Shown here one piece after another: positions 63,422 through 64,000 of a DNA stretch of 64,000 bases. Each line of letters begins with the position of its first letter. Position 1 is the stretch's first letter. The stretch is from Pseudomonadota bacterium. Its GTDB lineage: Bacteria; Pseudomonadota; Gammaproteobacteria; Burkholderiales; SG8-39. The position numbers were made by a program, and so were the translations under genes. The stretch spans positions 43,750 to 107,749 of the forward strand of contig JAJZPQ010000003.1 in NCBI GenBank assembly GCA_021811085.1, in the 5' to 3' direction. The notes below the pieces were generated by a model. It saw only the letters and a program-made list of their open reading frames with translations. It searched no databases and was not told the origin of the DNA.

Positions 63422-64000
63422 TCACAAGCTGCCTTTAGTCGAGGGAATCGTACCCGCGGCGCGCGCGTCGGGCTCGGCCGCCATGCGCAGCGCCCGCCCG
63501 AAGGCCTTGAATACGGTCTCGCACTGATGGTGCGCGTTGTCGCCGCGCAGATTGTCGATGTGCAGCGTCACCTGGGCGTGATTGACGAAGCCCTGGAAAA
63601 ATTCACGCACCAGGTCGACGTCGAACTCCCCGATCCAGGCGCGGCTGAACTTGAGCTGATACACCAGCCCGGGGCGCCCGGAAAAATCGATCACCACGCG
63701 CGACAAAGCCTCGTCCAACGGTACGTAGGCATGACCGTAGCGGCGCAGCCCGCGTTTGTCCCCCAGGGCTTTTGCGAGCGCCTGCCCCAGGCTGATGCCC
63801 ACATCCTCGACCGTGTGATGCGCGTCAATGTGCAAATCCCCCTTGGCCGCAATCTCCAGGTCGATCATGCCGTGGCGCGCAACCTGGTCCAGCATATGGT
63901 CGAGAAACGGCAGGCCGGTGGCCAGTTTAGCCGTGCCGGCGCCGTCCAGGTTCAGGCTCACGCTGATCTGGGTTTCGTTGGTATTGCGGGTGACCGAGGC
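63422..64000 (-). CDS. hisB: Imidazoleglycerol-phosphate dehydratase (start just outside window)
   Basis: 'RNTNETQI', 'DAHHTVED', 'NAHH', 'PSTKG'. Confidence 0.95.
   Translation of the reverse strand, partial: ASVTRNTNETQISVSLNLDGAGTAKLATGLPFLDHMLDQVARHGMIDLEIAAKGDLHIDAHHTVEDVGISLGQALAKALGDKRGLRRYGHAYVPLDEALSRVVIDFSGRPGLVYQLKFSRAWIGEFDVDLVREFFQGFVNHAQVTLHIDNLRGDNAHHQCETVFKAFGRALRMAAEPDARAAGTIPSTKGSL

Overview
High-GC chromosomal window with betaproteobacterial-type gene order. Housekeeping blocks: an RND efflux operon, tRNA-Ala, tsaC/purC/purE/fba/pyk, a liv-type ABC operon, ppc, a 3-subunit 2-oxoacid oxidoreductase, tRNA-Thr, sspAB, petABC, degS, tatABC and the his operon. Three accessory zones stand out. 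(1) A broken urease operon (5'-deleted ureC, ureE, then ureF, ureG and a Ni transporter) is split by a 6 kb insert. The insert carries a NotI-like nuclease with two methyltransferases (one wHTH-fused, with a palindromic GACGTC-containing operator over its promoter) and a DUF6622-2TM-kinase-LytTR module with its own direct-repeat binding sites. (2) A low-oxygen/dormancy-type locus has FNR boxes in class II geometry driving a small protein-HPF-atypical GroEL-PolX operon and a CBS protein, next to a PAS kinase/NarL/Cys-less Fnr cascade and a USP. (3) A relic defence islet (HigBA plus an internally deleted SIR2-like gene) sits at tRNA-Thr. Several genes are deletion scars (ureC, nif3, livM/malT-like, SIR2-like, an SBP tail). 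All calls come from reading sequence and recalled motifs; no searches were run, and start codons are best estimates.
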